A stretch of DNA of 64,000 bases from Octopus sinensis (GCF_006345805.1 NC_043008.1:48174001-48238000), one strand, 5' to 3'; counted from the stretch's first letter, positions 1-14,177 are shown. The notes: generated from the sequence alone by a model not told the origin. Made by a program: numbers and translations.

Positions 1-1130
1 TGATGATTTCTTTATTGGCCTCCAGAGGCTCACGCAAAAACGAGCTCATTACAAGAACAAGGTTACAGAAGACGAAGCGACGTGTAAACAAAAGAAAAAC
101 TAAAATTTTAATAAAGAAAATTGTTGAATGTGAGGGAGTGTCAGAGGGGGGGGGGGCTACCCGTGGAAACCCCACAAAAGTACAATCCCCCATTTCCAGG
201 TGAGAATGGCCACTCTGCCCGTCACCTTGCCATCAGAAGATCTTGGCCGAGATCAAACACCGAGCTATGTAAATGATCGCTTCTATCAGCAACCGACGAG
301 ACAGTTGGATAGCATAGTACTGCCCTCTGGGTAACTAGTTGCAGACCCACAGACATTTCCTCTCACTGCCTCATAGACCCTTAGAGTGGTGGCGATCACC
401 TCAATGTGCTTGGTGTCCGATTCAGTGACGATGGCACCGTCCACGTATGCCGGTACGTGTCTTTCGCATCCTTGTTTGCGCAGAATTCCAGCTTTCGTAT
501 TTGTGGCTCGAATGTCAGGACATACAGAAAAGATGAGAGCTGACAAGCTTGGTAGACTGTGCGTACAATACTGGAAGGTTCCAGTTTGTGACCATTTACT
601 CTGACCATCGAATAGATGTCGCTGTGCATTGTGGATACAATGTGAACGGCCGCCAAGTATTTTCTCAGCAACTTTAACTCTCTTCGACTAGCAGAACCGT
701 TACCAAGACGTGACAGGCTGTCGAAGTAAGCATTGAAGTCCATCCTGCAATCCATCCCGCTACTCACGCTGAACAGGGTGCTGCTAAAAAGCCTCTCACA
801 TTTTCTTGCAATCGAGTAATAGCACAAACTCGTCATGGTCGACCTATCGCACGTTTTTCCTTTCTTCGTGGCTTAAATTAAAAGCACCTTAGCTCTAGTA
901 ACGCAGCTTTCGTGCTTCACGTTGAAGACTTGATTTAGGGCCAATCTCGCCACAAAGCTTGCCGGTTGTGATGTCCTTCCTAAGCGCCCAATTTTCTAAC
1001 TAGATCTCCTTCTAGTCTATGTTTTCCTTTCGCGACTTCCTTACTGGACTCTATTGATTCTACTCTAATCACCTTTTTCAACATGTTGGTAATTGCTCCT
1101 ACCAATGCCTGCTTAATTAAATTGCTAATC
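1..1130 (-). mobile_element. Degenerate, internally deleted Tx1/L1-clade LINE (ORF2 remnant plus 3' end)
   Basis: Minus-strand translations give RT motifs SMVRVNGHKLEPSSIVRTVYQACQLSSFLYVLTFEP (cf. VNG..S..F...RGVRQGCPLSPLL) and AYVDGAIVT..IEVIATTLRVYEAV (decayed YADD). Upstream, LNQVFNVKHESCVTRAKV resembles Tx1 ORF2. The element ends at about position 5 with GGCCAATAAAGAAATCATCA. Confidence 0.75.
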
Positions 1131-2294
1131 CAATGTCCAGAAGCCTAGTTTCTGAAGGATGGTGACATGTGGAGTGAAGAGGATGGAGAGTTGCATAAAT
1201 AGGAAGTGTTGGTGGGTTGGAGAGAGAGAATGCAGGAAGAGACGGGAAAGTGCTGATGTTTCATAAAACAATCTCGGTCAGGTCTGAACCTTTGTGATCC
1301 GTAGCCTCACATTATATCCTGGAATCCCACTGCTGCTACAACTGCTACCACTTCTAGTGGTTATAGAGAATCCTCACTCGGCCATGTTTGTTTAACCCTA
1401 TTGCTCGAATGTAACCGACTAATTATAATAATTTATTACCGTTTCTATTTATAGCCATCCATTTTTTTCCTTTCGCTTGTGAACATTTTCTAAGATTTAA
1501 AATATGTTGCTTTTATTTAAAAGCTGTCAGTTCGTTAAAGGAGGTTTGTCTACGGATGTAATGCTTGGCCCGTCGAAGGATTTTGTATTGTAGCACCGTG
1601 ATCAAAGTAGGCTTCGAAAATTTGAAATAAACTCTCAAGATAGTTCCGAATTCTGACAGCGGCTATTTATTAAAATAAATCAAGTTAAAATGACAAACAA
1701 GCAATACTTTTGCAAATATAACGAGTTCGAGATAGTTGTTGTTGTCGTTGTTGTTACTCGCTAAATACTATTTAGCTTCGAGCAGAAACATCCTGATCGA
1801 TAGAGAAGACTAAACTGTATAAATGCAGGCGCCTGGAAGGTCTATTTATTTGGTTCTAATCTGACAAGAAGTCATTTCAGAAAGACAGGAAATAATTTAT
1901 CCGAAATGCCTGCTATTTGTCTTGCGGTGCTATTTCACTAGAAAGTTTTGTCTTTTTATTTAGGTTTTTCTCTTATTTCATTTGAAATTTGCAGCTGCTG
2001 GTGTGATAGAAAAACACTAAGCTTTTTCTCATTAATGTGTTACAGAAGAACGTGAAGAAAACTTTTGCATGCTATGATGGAAAGTCCGTAGATATACACA
2101 AAAGGATATTTCTGTATAGTTTATCACTGTCGTGCTAGATTCGTTACTTACATATTTGTATCGCTTCTACGCATTTCTGGATACGAAAGGGGAAAAAAGA
2201 ACATCTTGCTATTTTATTCATTTTTTTCATTTTGATTTTAGTTTGCTGTGAAGAGAAAGAAAAATATCATAATCATAAAACTGAATTCGTTAGA

Positions 2295-2298
<4 letters not shown>

Positions 2299-2341
<43 letters not shown>

Positions 2342-2352
2342 AATAATAATAA
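2299..2352. repeat. (TAA)n microsatellite
   Basis: Direct read of the sequence. Confidence 0.95.
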
Positions 2353-2987
2353 ACCTCATCCATATTCATAGATATATCAGGATAAAAATCTATTCAATAA
2401 AAATATTCAAGCTTAGAAATTCATAAATGTCATGCAACTTTATCAAGAAATGAACATTAAAAAGTTGCTGTTCTCATCTAAATATCTTTAGGATATTCTA
2501 ATATTTTTATTAGGAGATTTCTTTCATTTCTGCTTCAAAAACTAAACTAAGTTTACCATAAATGAACTATGCTACACAGGTGAAATGATGCAGCGATTTG
2601 TGGCGGGGAGACTGGAAGCCGAGGGGATCGAATATCGGTTTGTTAATCAACGATATTCATCATCAGCACGAACACTGAAACACGGTCGAGTCCAATAAGT
2701 TTCAAATGGCTCAGCGGATGGGACTAACCACGTGACTGGATTGCTGTATAACTGCCGAAGGCTACTTTTTACCTAACAGATCTCATTGATTTCAAAGTAT
2801 TTTATAATTAATTTATGCATAACAAGTTCGAAAATGAGGCGTGCTTGACTTAGTTGCACTCCAAATACACCAGCATCTAATGCAAATGATAACAATCTAA
2901 ATAAATTGGTTGAGTTTTACTCTTCATGTCACGCAAGAAAAATAGAATCGGTTTAATTACACACGGAATAAATAAGTTTCTGTTACA

Positions 2988-3158
2988 TGCAGGGGTAACT
3001 GAGTGGTAAGAAGGCTGCTTACTAACCTCACGGTTCCAGTTTCAGTCTCGGTGCGTGGTACCTTGGGCAAATGTCTTCTACTACAACCTCGAGCCGACCG
3101 CAGCCTTGTGAATGGATTTGGTAGACGGAAACTGAAAGAAGCCCGTCAAATATATACA

Positions 3159-3197
<39 letters not shown>

Positions 3198-3418
3198 GAG
3201 TGTGTGTGTGTGTGTGTGTCCTCCACCACCGCTTGACAACCGGTGTTGGTGTGTTTACATCGCTGTAATCTAGCGGTTCAGCAAAAACGACCGATAGAAT
3301 AAATACCAGGCTTGAAAAAAAGAATCACTGGGGTCGATTCATTCCATTAAACTTCGTCATAGTGATGCCCCAGCCTGGCCGCAATCTAATAACTGAAACA
3401 AGTAAAAGATAAAAGATA
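2988..3418 (+). mobile_element. tRNA-derived SINE family B (CORE-like motif, internal TG microsatellite), full length
   Basis: Degenerate A/B-box head, CCTTGGGCAAATGTCTT core-like motif and AAACAAGTAAAAGA tail. Homologous to 62852-63196 and 42208-42548. Confidence 0.9.
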
Positions 3419-3666
3419 TATTACAGAAGCATCCTCCCACACACACGAAATAGAGTATTCACCACAAGATATAATCTGCGAAGAGAAAATAACCCACAGT
3501 TAAACGTAGCTGTGAATGGCCAACGAACTCAATTAGCAAGAAACATTCTGAAAAGCCAAAAAGACATCAGACATAGAACACTTAACATAAACAATACAAA
3601 ACCATAAAACAGCGTAAAAAATAATACAAGCAACAAAAACATTCAAGTCAAAAATATCGGTTTCAA

Positions 3667-3871
3667 ATAATGGCACAAGGCCAGTAATTTCGGCGGAAGG
3701 AGGTAAGTCGATTAGATCGACCCCAGTACTCAACTGGTACTTATTTTATCGACTCCGAAAGGATGAAAGGCAAAGCTGGCCTCGGCGGAATTTGAACTCA
3801 GGACGTAAAAAACAGACGAAATACCACTAAGCAATTCGCCCAACGTTCTAACGTTTCTGCCAGCCCGCCAC
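3667..3871 (-). mobile_element. tRNA-derived SINE family A
   Basis: Reverse complement reads GGTGGCGGGCTGGCAGAAACGTTAG...GAGTTCAAATTCCGCCGAGG...GGCCTTGTGCCA. Matches 10032-10255. Confidence 0.9.
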
Positions 3872-4599
3872 CTCACAAGTTTAAAATATTGAGAAAGTAA
3901 ACGACGAAGATAGACGTAGGAGAGGCTAAACAAAGGAAGATAATTAAGTATAAGGTTGATGCCTTATAAAATAGCAACGAGTAAAAACTAACGCCGAGTA
4001 ACACGGACGAAAATATGAATAAAAGAGGATGAGAGATTTAAGAATAGAAATTTCTAAAGATATAAATTCGGAGGATGGATATAATCAGTAAATAGAAATA
4101 GTTAAAGAATTCTAATTGATAAAAACTATTTCTATGTTCCAAAAAGCTCAATCCCTAAGATAAAAGTTAAATAGCAAGAAGAAAAGAAGGTAAATTTGGT
4201 GGTCATAGTCAAGGTGAAAAGCGATGGAGCAACAGAATCACCGAAATAAACCAAATGTGCGGTAGCCACCGCAGTAGTTCCAAAAGAAAATGGTATTTCC
4301 TTGAAGCTAGTCATACAGGAATATCAAAAAGCAAACAAGGTGGAAACGAAAGAGAAAAAGAAGAAAGGTGAGAAACAAACAAAGAAAATATCTTTTATTT
4401 CTTAATGTAATCAATAATAGGACCCGAACAAAGGAGAGATGTTATAAAAATATAAAAAAACAAAACACCAAGAAAGAAGTCTTCACAATCAAAAAATTTC
4501 ATGAAAGTGAAGATCCTCACTGAATCACAAAGAATTGGTTGATGTAAAAAAGTGATAATGATTCTTTGAAGTAAACAAACAGTTCGAGTTTAACCTAAA

Positions 4600-5116
4600 A
4601 CGATTTTATTAAGAATTCGGTAAAAGTAGAACAGAAATAGATGCAACGTGAACAGTAAGAGAAGTGGAATAATGGTGAGAAGGAATATGGACAGCAAATG
4701 CATCGTCACAGATGATAATGTTTGAACAAGTTCAGCATCGGAAGAATAATGGTGAGAAACCAATTCAATGCACGAAGTTGCCCAGACGTTGCAAAAAATA
4801 ATGAAGAACTCGTAGGAAGCTGGAAGAGAAAAATTCCTGAATTTCCAGGTTAAAATACTAAAGAAAAACAGGAATTGGTGGCCGAAATATTTAATGATCA
4901 ACTAACAGAGTCAGAAACAATGGCGGAAGGGAAAGTTTTAATATCCAACACTTCAGAAACAGCAAAGAACAAGAGTGTGTGTGTGAGTGTGTGTGTGCGA
5001 GTGTGTGTGTGTTTGTATGTGTGTTATGTATGTATATATATATATATGTGTGTGTGTGTTTATGTGTGTTATGTATGTATATATATATATGTGTGTGTGT
5101 TTGTATGTGTGTTATG

Positions 5117-5149
<33 letters not shown>

Positions 5150-5330
5150 ACATGTATGTATATGTACGTATTGTATGCAGCAGACGGCCTTGCCCGGGTT
5201 AATTCCTACCTCAAATAAAAACAGCCACATGAATTCACTGGTTTTTGGATGAGAAACAAAGAAAACACGAAATGGCAGAAGAAAAATAAAGACGAGAATT
5301 TTATGGCAACTCGCAAAATTCCTTTCTTAA
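4600..5330 (+). mobile_element. Highly decayed non-LTR retrotransposon RT fragment (R4/Dong-like), interrupted by a TG/TA microsatellite
   Basis: With frameshifts it reads SWK..IPNF.VKIL..QELVAEIFNDQLTESETMAEGKVLI (cf. W.K..L...FN..L....P.W.T.G.T.LIPK), then HEMAEE..R.FYG after the microsatellite. Confidence 0.35.
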
Positions 5331-5850
5331 TTGCAGCGATGCCTGATTAAGTTTATAAAGAGATTCAACGAAATTTTCAAAACGTTGCAGATTCTGTTTA
5401 AAATAATCTGAAATAAAAATGAAGTTTCAAACACGTAAATGAAGAAATACAACAAGAAATCTCTCCCATAAATTAATTTTTTGAGGGAGGATTAAAAACA
5501 TTTGTGTTTAACACCAAAAACATTGGGAATTACGGTTATACATAGACATTGATCACAAAATCAAATTTTCGCAATATTCATTTCACTGTTTAATCTTGAA
5601 CCCTGAACCGTAACAAGCCTTAATTCTAACTCTGGACCTTAAATCGCCACCTTTTACCTTTTGGATTTTTTTTTTTCAGAATCGACATTTGCAATATTTA
5701 AAACATAAAAACCGAATTCAAAATACAAAATTCCACATTTCTACCAATATATGTATGTATATGTATATGTGTGTATATGTATACATGTATATATGCATAT
5801 ACTTGTGTTTTGTGTTTATACATGTAGGTACGTATTGTGTAGGCATTTCT

Positions 5851-5931
<81 letters not shown>

Positions 5932-5945
5932 CAGACATACAGACA
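5851..5945. repeat. (TAGA)n microsatellite
   Basis: Direct read. Confidence 0.95.
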
Positions 5946-5994
5946 TGCATATATGTATATATATATATATATATTCTTCTTCTTCCTCCCTCCC

Positions 5995-6245
5995 AAGAAT
6001 TCACAACGACCTCGAACCCACGAGAGTAAACAAGAGAGACAGAGACAGGCAGAAACAAAAAAAAGATGCCACTTGTATTTGAATACTATACAAATATTCT
6101 TTTAAAAAAAAAACTTTTCTTTTAATTTCTCCAAATTTAAATGTTTTCCATACTTACAGTTGAAATAAGTCTCAATGACTGAAACCGGTACTGAAATGGT
6201 TTTTATAAAATTATTTTAGCATTTTTCATCTTGACTTTTTTTCCA
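5995..6245 (+). mobile_element. Short PLE-type repeat (family G) carrying a hammerhead-like motif at 6157-6193
   Basis: Reverse-complement homologue of about 63680-63915. Flanked by (TA)n on both sides. Contains CAG TTGAAATA AGTC TCAAT GACT GAAA CCGG TA CTG. Confidence 0.7.
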
Positions 6246-6415
<170 letters not shown>

Positions 6416-7098
6416 CAAAATAGTTCAAGAAAGAAGCCAAGTCTCTTCGTACACAGTTCAACACCCCTCTAACTTACCGTTGGGCTGATAACGGCAAGTT
6501 ATGTATATATATATATATATATAGAGAGACATAGAGAGAGAAAGAAGAGCAGTTAAAAAAACTCCATGCGTGTTGAATGATCAATTTTTAAATAAAACAT
6601 CGACATTTCTCTTTGATACGAAATGGCGTAAGGCGGGCGAAATGAATTAAGTCTGTTTTAAGGTTAGCGTGGTTAATACAGGACCAGTTTCATGTTTAAT
6701 GTACGAACTAAATAAATCGATTTTAAAAGATTAATCTAATTTTAATTTAGTACATACAACTTTCTTCAGCTGTATATTCCATATTTTTGTGAAAAAAAAT
6801 ATGCATTACTTTAAAATATATTTACCTTAATTCATCCACATCAGTTCGTAATTCAGGTAAAGTGTTTCAACTGCTCTTCTTCCTCTCTCTCTCTCTCTCT
6901 CCCTCCCTCCCTCCCTCTCTCTCTCCATAACTTGCTGCTAATGGCCCAACGGCAAATTAGAAGCGTGTTGAACTGTGAACGAAGAAACAGGGCTTCTTTA
7001 TCTTTAACTATTTTGAAATAGTGTCTACCTTGAATTTTGTGTACGTTTGAATTTTCTAAATTTTGAATTTAAATCTAAACTTTAATTATAACTTATAT

Positions 7099-7190
7099 AG
7101 GTGCAAGCGTGGCTGTGTGGTAAGTAGCTTGCTTACTAACCACATGGTTCCATGCTACCTCGGGCAAGTGTCTCACAAAGTTTCCTGGGG
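7099..7190 (+). mobile_element. SINE family B, 5' head fragment
   Basis: AGGTGCAAGCGTGGCTGTGTGGTAAGTAGCTTGCTTACTAACCACATGGTTCC matches the head of 62852-63196. Confidence 0.85.
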
Positions 7191-8187
7191 CCCAGAATCT
7201 GCTATTCAGTTTGTGGCAATGGTGTAGGTAAGAGAAGAGAGCATATCATTATGTCGGGCACGGACCAAGTGTTACAGTTGTTCGTAATATTTGTGTGTGC
7301 ACGTACGTGTTGGCGAGGAGGGGGAGACAGAGACAGGGGGAGAATTAATGAAAGAGAATTAATGAATGATTTAATGAATGGGTTAATGAATGTATGATTG
7401 ATCGATCGAATTGATGAATGAAGGGAAACAAACAGGTTTGTACGTTGTTAACCAAAACACGTTTCTAATTCGAATGAATGAGATTCTTTTGTGCGTCTGT
7501 TTATAAGTGTGGGAATGCGTGTGACTATGTGACTATGAAAGAGTGAATATGTGTATTTCATGTGTGTGCATCAGCGAATGTAAGTGCTTTATGTATGTGT
7601 GTAGCGGGGTGTGTATAACTGTGAGGTGAGTGGAGCGTTTTACGGAAGCTTTCAATAAATGTTTGCAAACAAACAAAACACCGGAAGTTGGATAATTACA
7701 TTCGCTGCTGTTACATTATCATTTGACGGAAGAAACAATAAATATTCATGTCTTGGTGAATAATGGAGGCAGCGGGGGGAGAAAAAACACCTCCTACTTT
7801 AATGGGGTGGGGTGGGGGTGATCGGTCACGTTACCCTTGTAGAACCCTTTCCAACTGTTTTTCAAATGAATAAAGCACTTCAATGAATCCTCTTTGTAGT
7901 CGATCGAGCTGCTAGAAACAGTAGCTAATTCTCTCTCATCAGATGCCACAATCCTAAAATAAGAGCAAGGCACGTGAGATATAGGTAACTCCATATCCAA
8001 AACTCATTCAATACACGTCACCCAGTATCTGGTGTCCCAGAAAATATTTTAGACGGTGGGGCCTGGTGACAAGGCCCTGGCTGCATTCTTTCAGCCAGGT
8101 CTAGGTTTTTAAATGCAATGCTGCATTTCAGGGGTTTTATTTTCATTATTCTTTTTCAAAATGTAAGGCTTTTTTTATATTATTAAA

Positions 8188-8218
<31 letters not shown>

Positions 8219-8221
8219 TAT

Positions 8222-9420
8222 ACTATAGTGAAGATAGATGGACGTGATATGTGCTTACTACTTGATACTGCATCTGATATTGGCATCATTTCTGAAGAGG
8301 CTTGGCACAAAATCGGTAAACCAGCCACTTTATCAACTGAACAAAAAGCCAAGAATGCTTCCAACCAGTCATTGGTTAAAAAAGGGAAAGCATCATGTTT
8401 TTTATTCCCTCAGAGACTCGACTTCCATTCATCTGGGATACTGCTACATTGCTAAGAATCCTTACTGGGACATCCTCAGAACGGACTGGATTGAGAAACA
8501 TGGGTTATGGAACATACAGAACAGAAGTAAAGTAGCAGAAGACGTCGTAATTGCTAACACAAATATTGAACCTGACATCCTTCAGGTGCTAATTGATTCA
8601 ATCAAATTTTACCTGTTACTTTAGAACTGCTAAAAACAAGAAACATTCAATGAAGTTCTTCTACAAGAAGTTATTAAACATCATAGGTATGTTTGGCCAG
8701 AAAAAAAATTCTGTAACAAAGGTATGCAAAAATTCAGTTTGAAGCGTGAATATCTCTCAGTTGTTGATGACTGTTTAATGATGGCTAATCGTACTGCTAT
8801 TCTAAACAGTCTCAAAAAGTTGGTACTTAACCAGTTTCATGAACGTCATCCAGGAACTTCAAGAATGAAGGCTTTAGCAATAAGCTACATGTATTGGCCG
8901 GGACTTGACAAATATATTGAATCTCTGGTGCAAACATGTTCGAAATTTGCAAAATGCTCAAAATTACCTACTCAGATAAGCACCCATTGGTCGGTTCCAA
9001 AAGCACCATGGTCTTGAGTACACATAGATTTCGCAGGACCTCTTAATGGCAACTGTTTTTTTATTATGGTCGATACATTATCTAAATGGCCGGAGGTCTT
9101 CATAATGAGTCAAACAACAACTTCAGTCACAATACAAAAGCTACATCAAGTTTTTCAAAACTTGGATTACCAGAAGTTTTGGTATCGGAAAACGGTCCAC
9201 AATTCACTTCTCTATAATTTACATTTTGTAACAAAAATGGTACCAATCGTATAAGAACTTCTCCATATCATTCTCAATTCAAAGAGTTAGCAGAGAGATT
9301 CGTTGATACCTTTAAGCATTCATTACTCAAAACTGTGGAGAGTGGTAAGTTAGAAATGCTGTTGCACCTGGGAGAAAATCACCTGCAGAAATAATGTTTC
9401 AGAGATATGAGGAAACCCAG
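8222..9420 (+). mobile_element. Ty3/Gypsy (K02A2.6-like) pol remnant: aspartyl protease plus integrase, RT/RNaseH absent
   Basis: Protease LLLDTASDIGII...W.KIGKP. Integrase Zn finger HERHPGTSRMKALAISYMYWPGLDKYIESLVQTC. Core VHIDFAGP...MVDTLSKWPEV...SENGPQFTS...SPYH..LAERFVDTFK. Multiple stops and frameshifts. Confidence 0.9.
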
Positions 9421-10031
9421 AAATGGAAAGAAATCCACCCAAATTAACGAGTATATCAAGGTACAAGTGAGGAGGTCTAGTATATGTAATTGATGCTTGA
9501 CCAGGTCATCCCAAGTGACGAAATGGTCATGTGACAAAGCAGAGAAGTAACATCATATATGAGGGATTAGTTGGACCTTTCACCTTCGTGCAGCACGTTA
9601 ACCAGTTAAGATGGAGAAGAGAGTCGTCGATGCCACAGTTTATGAAACAAAATCAAGGAAATAAGGAACACCAAGATATTCAAACGCGATTAGAAACTAC
9701 TTCGTCAAATTTACGAAGGTCCAATCGAAATAGAAAACCGGACACACAAAAGGTCAACGCTCAACATAAGACTTCTTCATATAGCAACTATTCCTCAATT
9801 AATGAAAGGGAAGATGAGACAAGCGCAATGGTCTCGACACAAAACATTGTTTATTGTCATCCAATCTGTGGACACGATTCGATCGTGGTGATGTTGATTC
9901 TTTAAGCTTACGTCGATTCGTCTGGACTCTACCAGGTGACGCTAGATATATATCGACTCATTGTCGGGGATTGACTCTTCTTTTCGCTTCAGCCCACTTC
10001 CTCTGATACACACGGTTCATTTTGCATCGTG

Positions 10032-10255
10032 GAAGGCGGCGAGCTGGCTGAAACTTTAGCACGTCGGGCGAAATGCTTAGCGGTATCTCGTCTGCCGTTA
10101 GGTTGTGAGTTCAAATTCCGCCGAGGTCAACTTTGCCTTTCATGCTTTCGGGGTCGATTAAATAAGTAACCAGTTACGCACTGGGTCGATCTAATCGACT
10201 GCCCCCCCCCCCCCAAAAAAAAATGTCAGGCCTTGTGCCTATAGTAGAAAGGGTT
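10032..10255 (+). mobile_element. SINE family A, full length, tail type GGCCTTGTGCCTATAGTAGAAAG
   Basis: GGCGGCGAGCTGGCTGAAAC head, GAGTTCAAATTCC B-box. Multiple homologues in the window. Confidence 0.92.
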
Positions 10256-11169
10256 TTGCTTCGTGAGCAAATTGAAATGACACTTCGCCGCTTGGCACTT
10301 CCGGTTTCAATTGTTTCACTATTTAGTCCATTCGTTTATAAAGTTATATTCTGAGTACAAAATTATTCGTCTTACTTTATAACAATGATGATGATTATGA
10401 TGATCATGGTGATGATGATTATGACGACGACGATTGAACGATTTTTACCTGGATTAAAGAGGAAAAATTACTTTTGAAACATTTTATATAAGACAGTCAA
10501 TCCCCATACAGATTATGACAGATTATAGCAACTAGCAAAAAGATATTCTCAGATGTAGGTACGATTACTGTTCGTAGAAAGCAGCCTCGTGCGAACGACA
10601 AAGTCCAATTATAAAGGCGACGAATGAGAATAGTTTCGTATTTGAATATAAATTAAAATTATTGGAAATTTATTGTTCTCATTTAAATATACACGCGTCA
10701 ATTCACAAAACAATTAGGACTCAAATAATACACTCACCATCCATTAATAATAGAATAACTTTCGTAAAGATTCCTATAATTGTCTGTAAGTATTTGAAAG
10801 CCGTTGAATAGATGCACACTGCACAGAATACACAAGCAACAAATTAATCAAGTTTATGACGTTGATGTTGTGATTAACGGGCGCTGGTTTGTGTTTCTCT
10901 TATTTGAAACATCTCTGATTTGTCAGCCTTTCTCTTTGGTAATGACAGATTAGGTTCCACCTAAGAAAAGGAAGTGGTACGCTGAAACCTTTCAAGAGGA
11001 GCAGGTAGAGGCTGACAAGATGTCTACGGCTGCTGCTGTTGCTGCTGCATGTTATGAGATTCAACGAGAAAATGCCACGAATAAATGGTTTAAAGTCAGG
11101 AAAATACTACGAAGCACAAAGCAATCTTTTACTGCAACAAATTTTTCTTAGGGAAAAACAAAAAGACAT

Positions 11170-11420
11170 TAGGTAAAAGACGAAGCTGCGAAAGTGGAAT
11201 CGCTGATTGCAGGATATTTCTCTGAGGTTCACCTGTCTTCGAAAAACGGTGATGACTTGATATTTGTGTTTCATGACAGCAAAATAGCTGAATATTGTGA
11301 TTTATAAACAATCAAATTGTCGTATATCGTACAAGGAGGAAATGTGCATCAACAAAAGTATTGAGATAGCAGACATCTGCAGGAAACGAAAATGTTAACA
11401 ATGTTTGTTCCAAGATAACA
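11170..11420 (+). mobile_element. Decayed hAT-type transposase fragment
   Basis: Reads DEAAKVESLIAGYFSEVHLSSKNGDDLIFVFHDSKIAEYCDL*TIKLSYIV, resembling the hAT pattern F.S.D.....MFPDS.IA..F...RTK..YII. Confidence 0.45.
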
Positions 11421-13419
11421 ACATAAATTCTAGCTAAAGTTGGGAATCGTTTGATGTCAAAGATCTTCTACTTGTTATTGTGATTGAGTAAAAATGGTTC
11501 ATTGATGGCGCTTGATGGAGTTGTAAAAATCTATATTTATTAAGCAGACCATTCCTTTAACATTATTTTATTTGGAAGTAATAAATGGTCAGCACTGATG
11601 AGTAGAAAGCTCAGTTTTCAAAAATCAATAAAGGTGACCATCCCGTCTGTTTTAGTTATGAATTCTATCTTCACCGTGCTTTACTTTTGTATCTAGAATT
11701 ATTTCTGAAAGATTTGTCATCTTACTTTGGTAAAGAACAGACGTCAAAACACCAGACAGAATTCACTTCCAAAACACTCAAATTAATTGGTTATCACATG
11801 AAAACCTAATTGAAGTGAAATTACAATAATGTGACATTTTGACTTTCAAACAGAATCTTAAAGACAGATAAGAGTGGTGGAGCGACAAAAATATACAAAA
11901 TAAATCTCCACAAAAGAACAAAACACGTGTTACGATTTCTTGAATATTTACCGAAGAAAATAAATAAAATTAATGTTTAGTTTCTGCTGGAATTGTTTAG
12001 ACTGCAAACACTGTGTTCAATATTTTCATGAAAGTATCAGACAATTCTTGCACAGGTTTTTGTGAAAGATGTTTTGCGATCGAATAAATTATCAGAAATT
12101 GACCTTAGTAATCCAGTAAATCACAGAAATATAGCTGGAAGATCAACAAACGAGTTGACTCATAGCCTAATCCCTGACGGTGGCACCGATAGATTTCGTC
12201 CATGCAAATAATTAAATGCTTTCCTCTCCATGAAATTTATAAAAAAAAAAAAAGAATTAAAAAATACTGAATCGCAATGCAGCCGGTTATGCCGGACAAA
12301 CTTCTCGGCCATTTTTGTCGCTAACCATCAATTTACCGGCATCGGCACCAGAAAATAGGCTGAATGGCATTTACGATGACTGACATTTATTCTGTGGCTC
12401 AAAGATGTCTCTTCACCGACAAAATTCATTTTAGAATTCTGCAGCCATTTCCGAAATACTAAAGATAGCTTCGCTGTTTCTAGACTCCAGTTAACTTGCA
12501 AACTTTTTGACAATTTTAATTGTTTTACTGCATTTTTGGCGAGTGTAGAACTCAAGTGAACTGCAGCAAAACCAACTTTACAAAGCACTTCCAAGTAAAT
12601 GAGAGATTAGTGGTGTAAACAATAAATGGAAAGTGTAAATTCTGCAGAAGCTGGGAGTCATTATTTAATGAGAGAAGCAGTAAAAGGGGTCAGTTTGTCC
12701 TGAAGGGTATAGAGATAGGGTTGAGTATGGAGGGGTAATTAGAAAAGAAGGGACTGTCGTGAGAGGAACTGAAAGATTTTCGGGACTCCCCTCTAACGTT
12801 GAATTCTAGCACAGGCCTCTAACATTCAGCCAGCGGAAATTATAATGTAAGAGTTAAATTATTTCTCTTGAAAAATGTTTATCCGGTTCGAAATATTGAT
12901 TTGGTGGTTATTCCATGAAATGGCGGCTTTTTTATGGCTTGGTTTTTCATTGTTAGATTAATATTAACAGCGAAAGAGACATGATGGTCACGGTAGGACA
13001 TACTTTTTTATTATAAGTCTGCTTGATTAAGACTGACCACTGGTTAAATAACAACAAAAACAACCTACCAATGCCGCCTCGAGGCGGACAAACAGCTTGA
13101 GATGAGGTGGCACGATACATATCACATGACATTGTCGTTCTCTTGATTTATAACCACAAAAGATGGATTCAACAACACAAGGTATCGTATCCCCTGTCAG
13201 TATTATAGTTATTAGCTTAGAACAGTGAGTTTCCCCTTTAATATGGCACCTGTTTACAACTGATGGGAGATACCTTGGCTCGGAACGTAATACAATACCA
13301 CTGACCGAATTCAAAACGTTGAGAAAACCCAGCCTCGGCATTCTCTATCGCTACAATAAAGATTAGCTAAATCTGCCTCGAATCCCACATTAGAGTATAT
13401 AGCCTTCGATCTTTGTTTC

Positions 13420-13500
13420 TTTATAAAGGCGGGATGGTCACTTTTGGAATACCTTTGATCATGCGTCCGCTGGATCAGAGTTAAACAACAGTTACGATGT
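13420..13500 (+). repeat. Unclassified dispersed repeat (family E; motif GGATGGTCA...GGAAT.CCTTTGATCAT)
   Basis: Related motif at about 11633-11650 (opposite strand), 39965-40005 and 40138-40172. Confidence 0.5.
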
Positions 13501-13883
13501 TTCTATTTGACATGACAGAGTCCTTTCAATAAAACCAAACGTCTCTGTTTCGGAGCGAAAGGCTTTGCTAAAACCAAATTCATTTCTCTTTAACTAAGAG
13601 ATTGGATTTATATTTTGATATCACGTAAGAAAAATAAATAAATCTCATTTGCTTATGATTTGATTTTTGTTTTCCATTTCAACTAAGCAAACTCGTCGTA
13701 TTAAATAATTGAATTAACTGTTTGGAGAGTTCAAATAATCATAATTCGGTTTTCAATTAATTGTCAATCAATAAAGTTTGTCGAAATATTAAAACGTTAC
13801 CAATGACTGGCTGTCATTACTTTTCATCAGAAATGTTCAATAAATATAAATGAATAGTAAATTGGATTTCATTAACATTAACT

Positions 13884-14177
13884 GGTTCTCCGTCGGTTTC
13901 GACGACGAGTCTTCTAGCTGATCCGATCAACGGAACAGCCTGCTCGTGTAATTAACATGCAAGTGGCTGAGAACTCCACAGACACACGTACCCTTGACGT
14001 AGTTCTCAGGGAGATTCAGTGTGACACAGAATGGATTGCAGGCACAACTCATTTTTGCCAGCTGAGTGGATTGGAAGAACGGGAAATAAAATATGTTGCT
14101 CAAGCATCGCCTGGAATTGAACCCACGACCTTACGATCCAGATCCGAATACCCGAACCACTAAGCCACGCGCCTTCA
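13884..14177 (-). mobile_element. tRNA-derived SINE family C
   Basis: Homologous to 58486-58802. Minus-strand head GAAGGCGCGTGGCTTAGTGGTT (A-box) ... GGGTTCAATTCC (B-box). Confidence 0.92.

Noticed and set aside
7764-7780. tRNA-Leu PBS-like TGGAGGCAGCGGGGGGA upstream of the Gypsy remnant (similar motif at 1322-1350, minus)
   Set aside because: There are mismatches to the PBS, and no matching LTR pair was found around the Gypsy (sequence after the purine tract at about 9800 does not match 7400-7760).
12328-13341. ORFs 12328-12594 (-) and 13027-13341 (-)
   Set aside because: No motif could be assigned. They are probably decayed transposon sequence.
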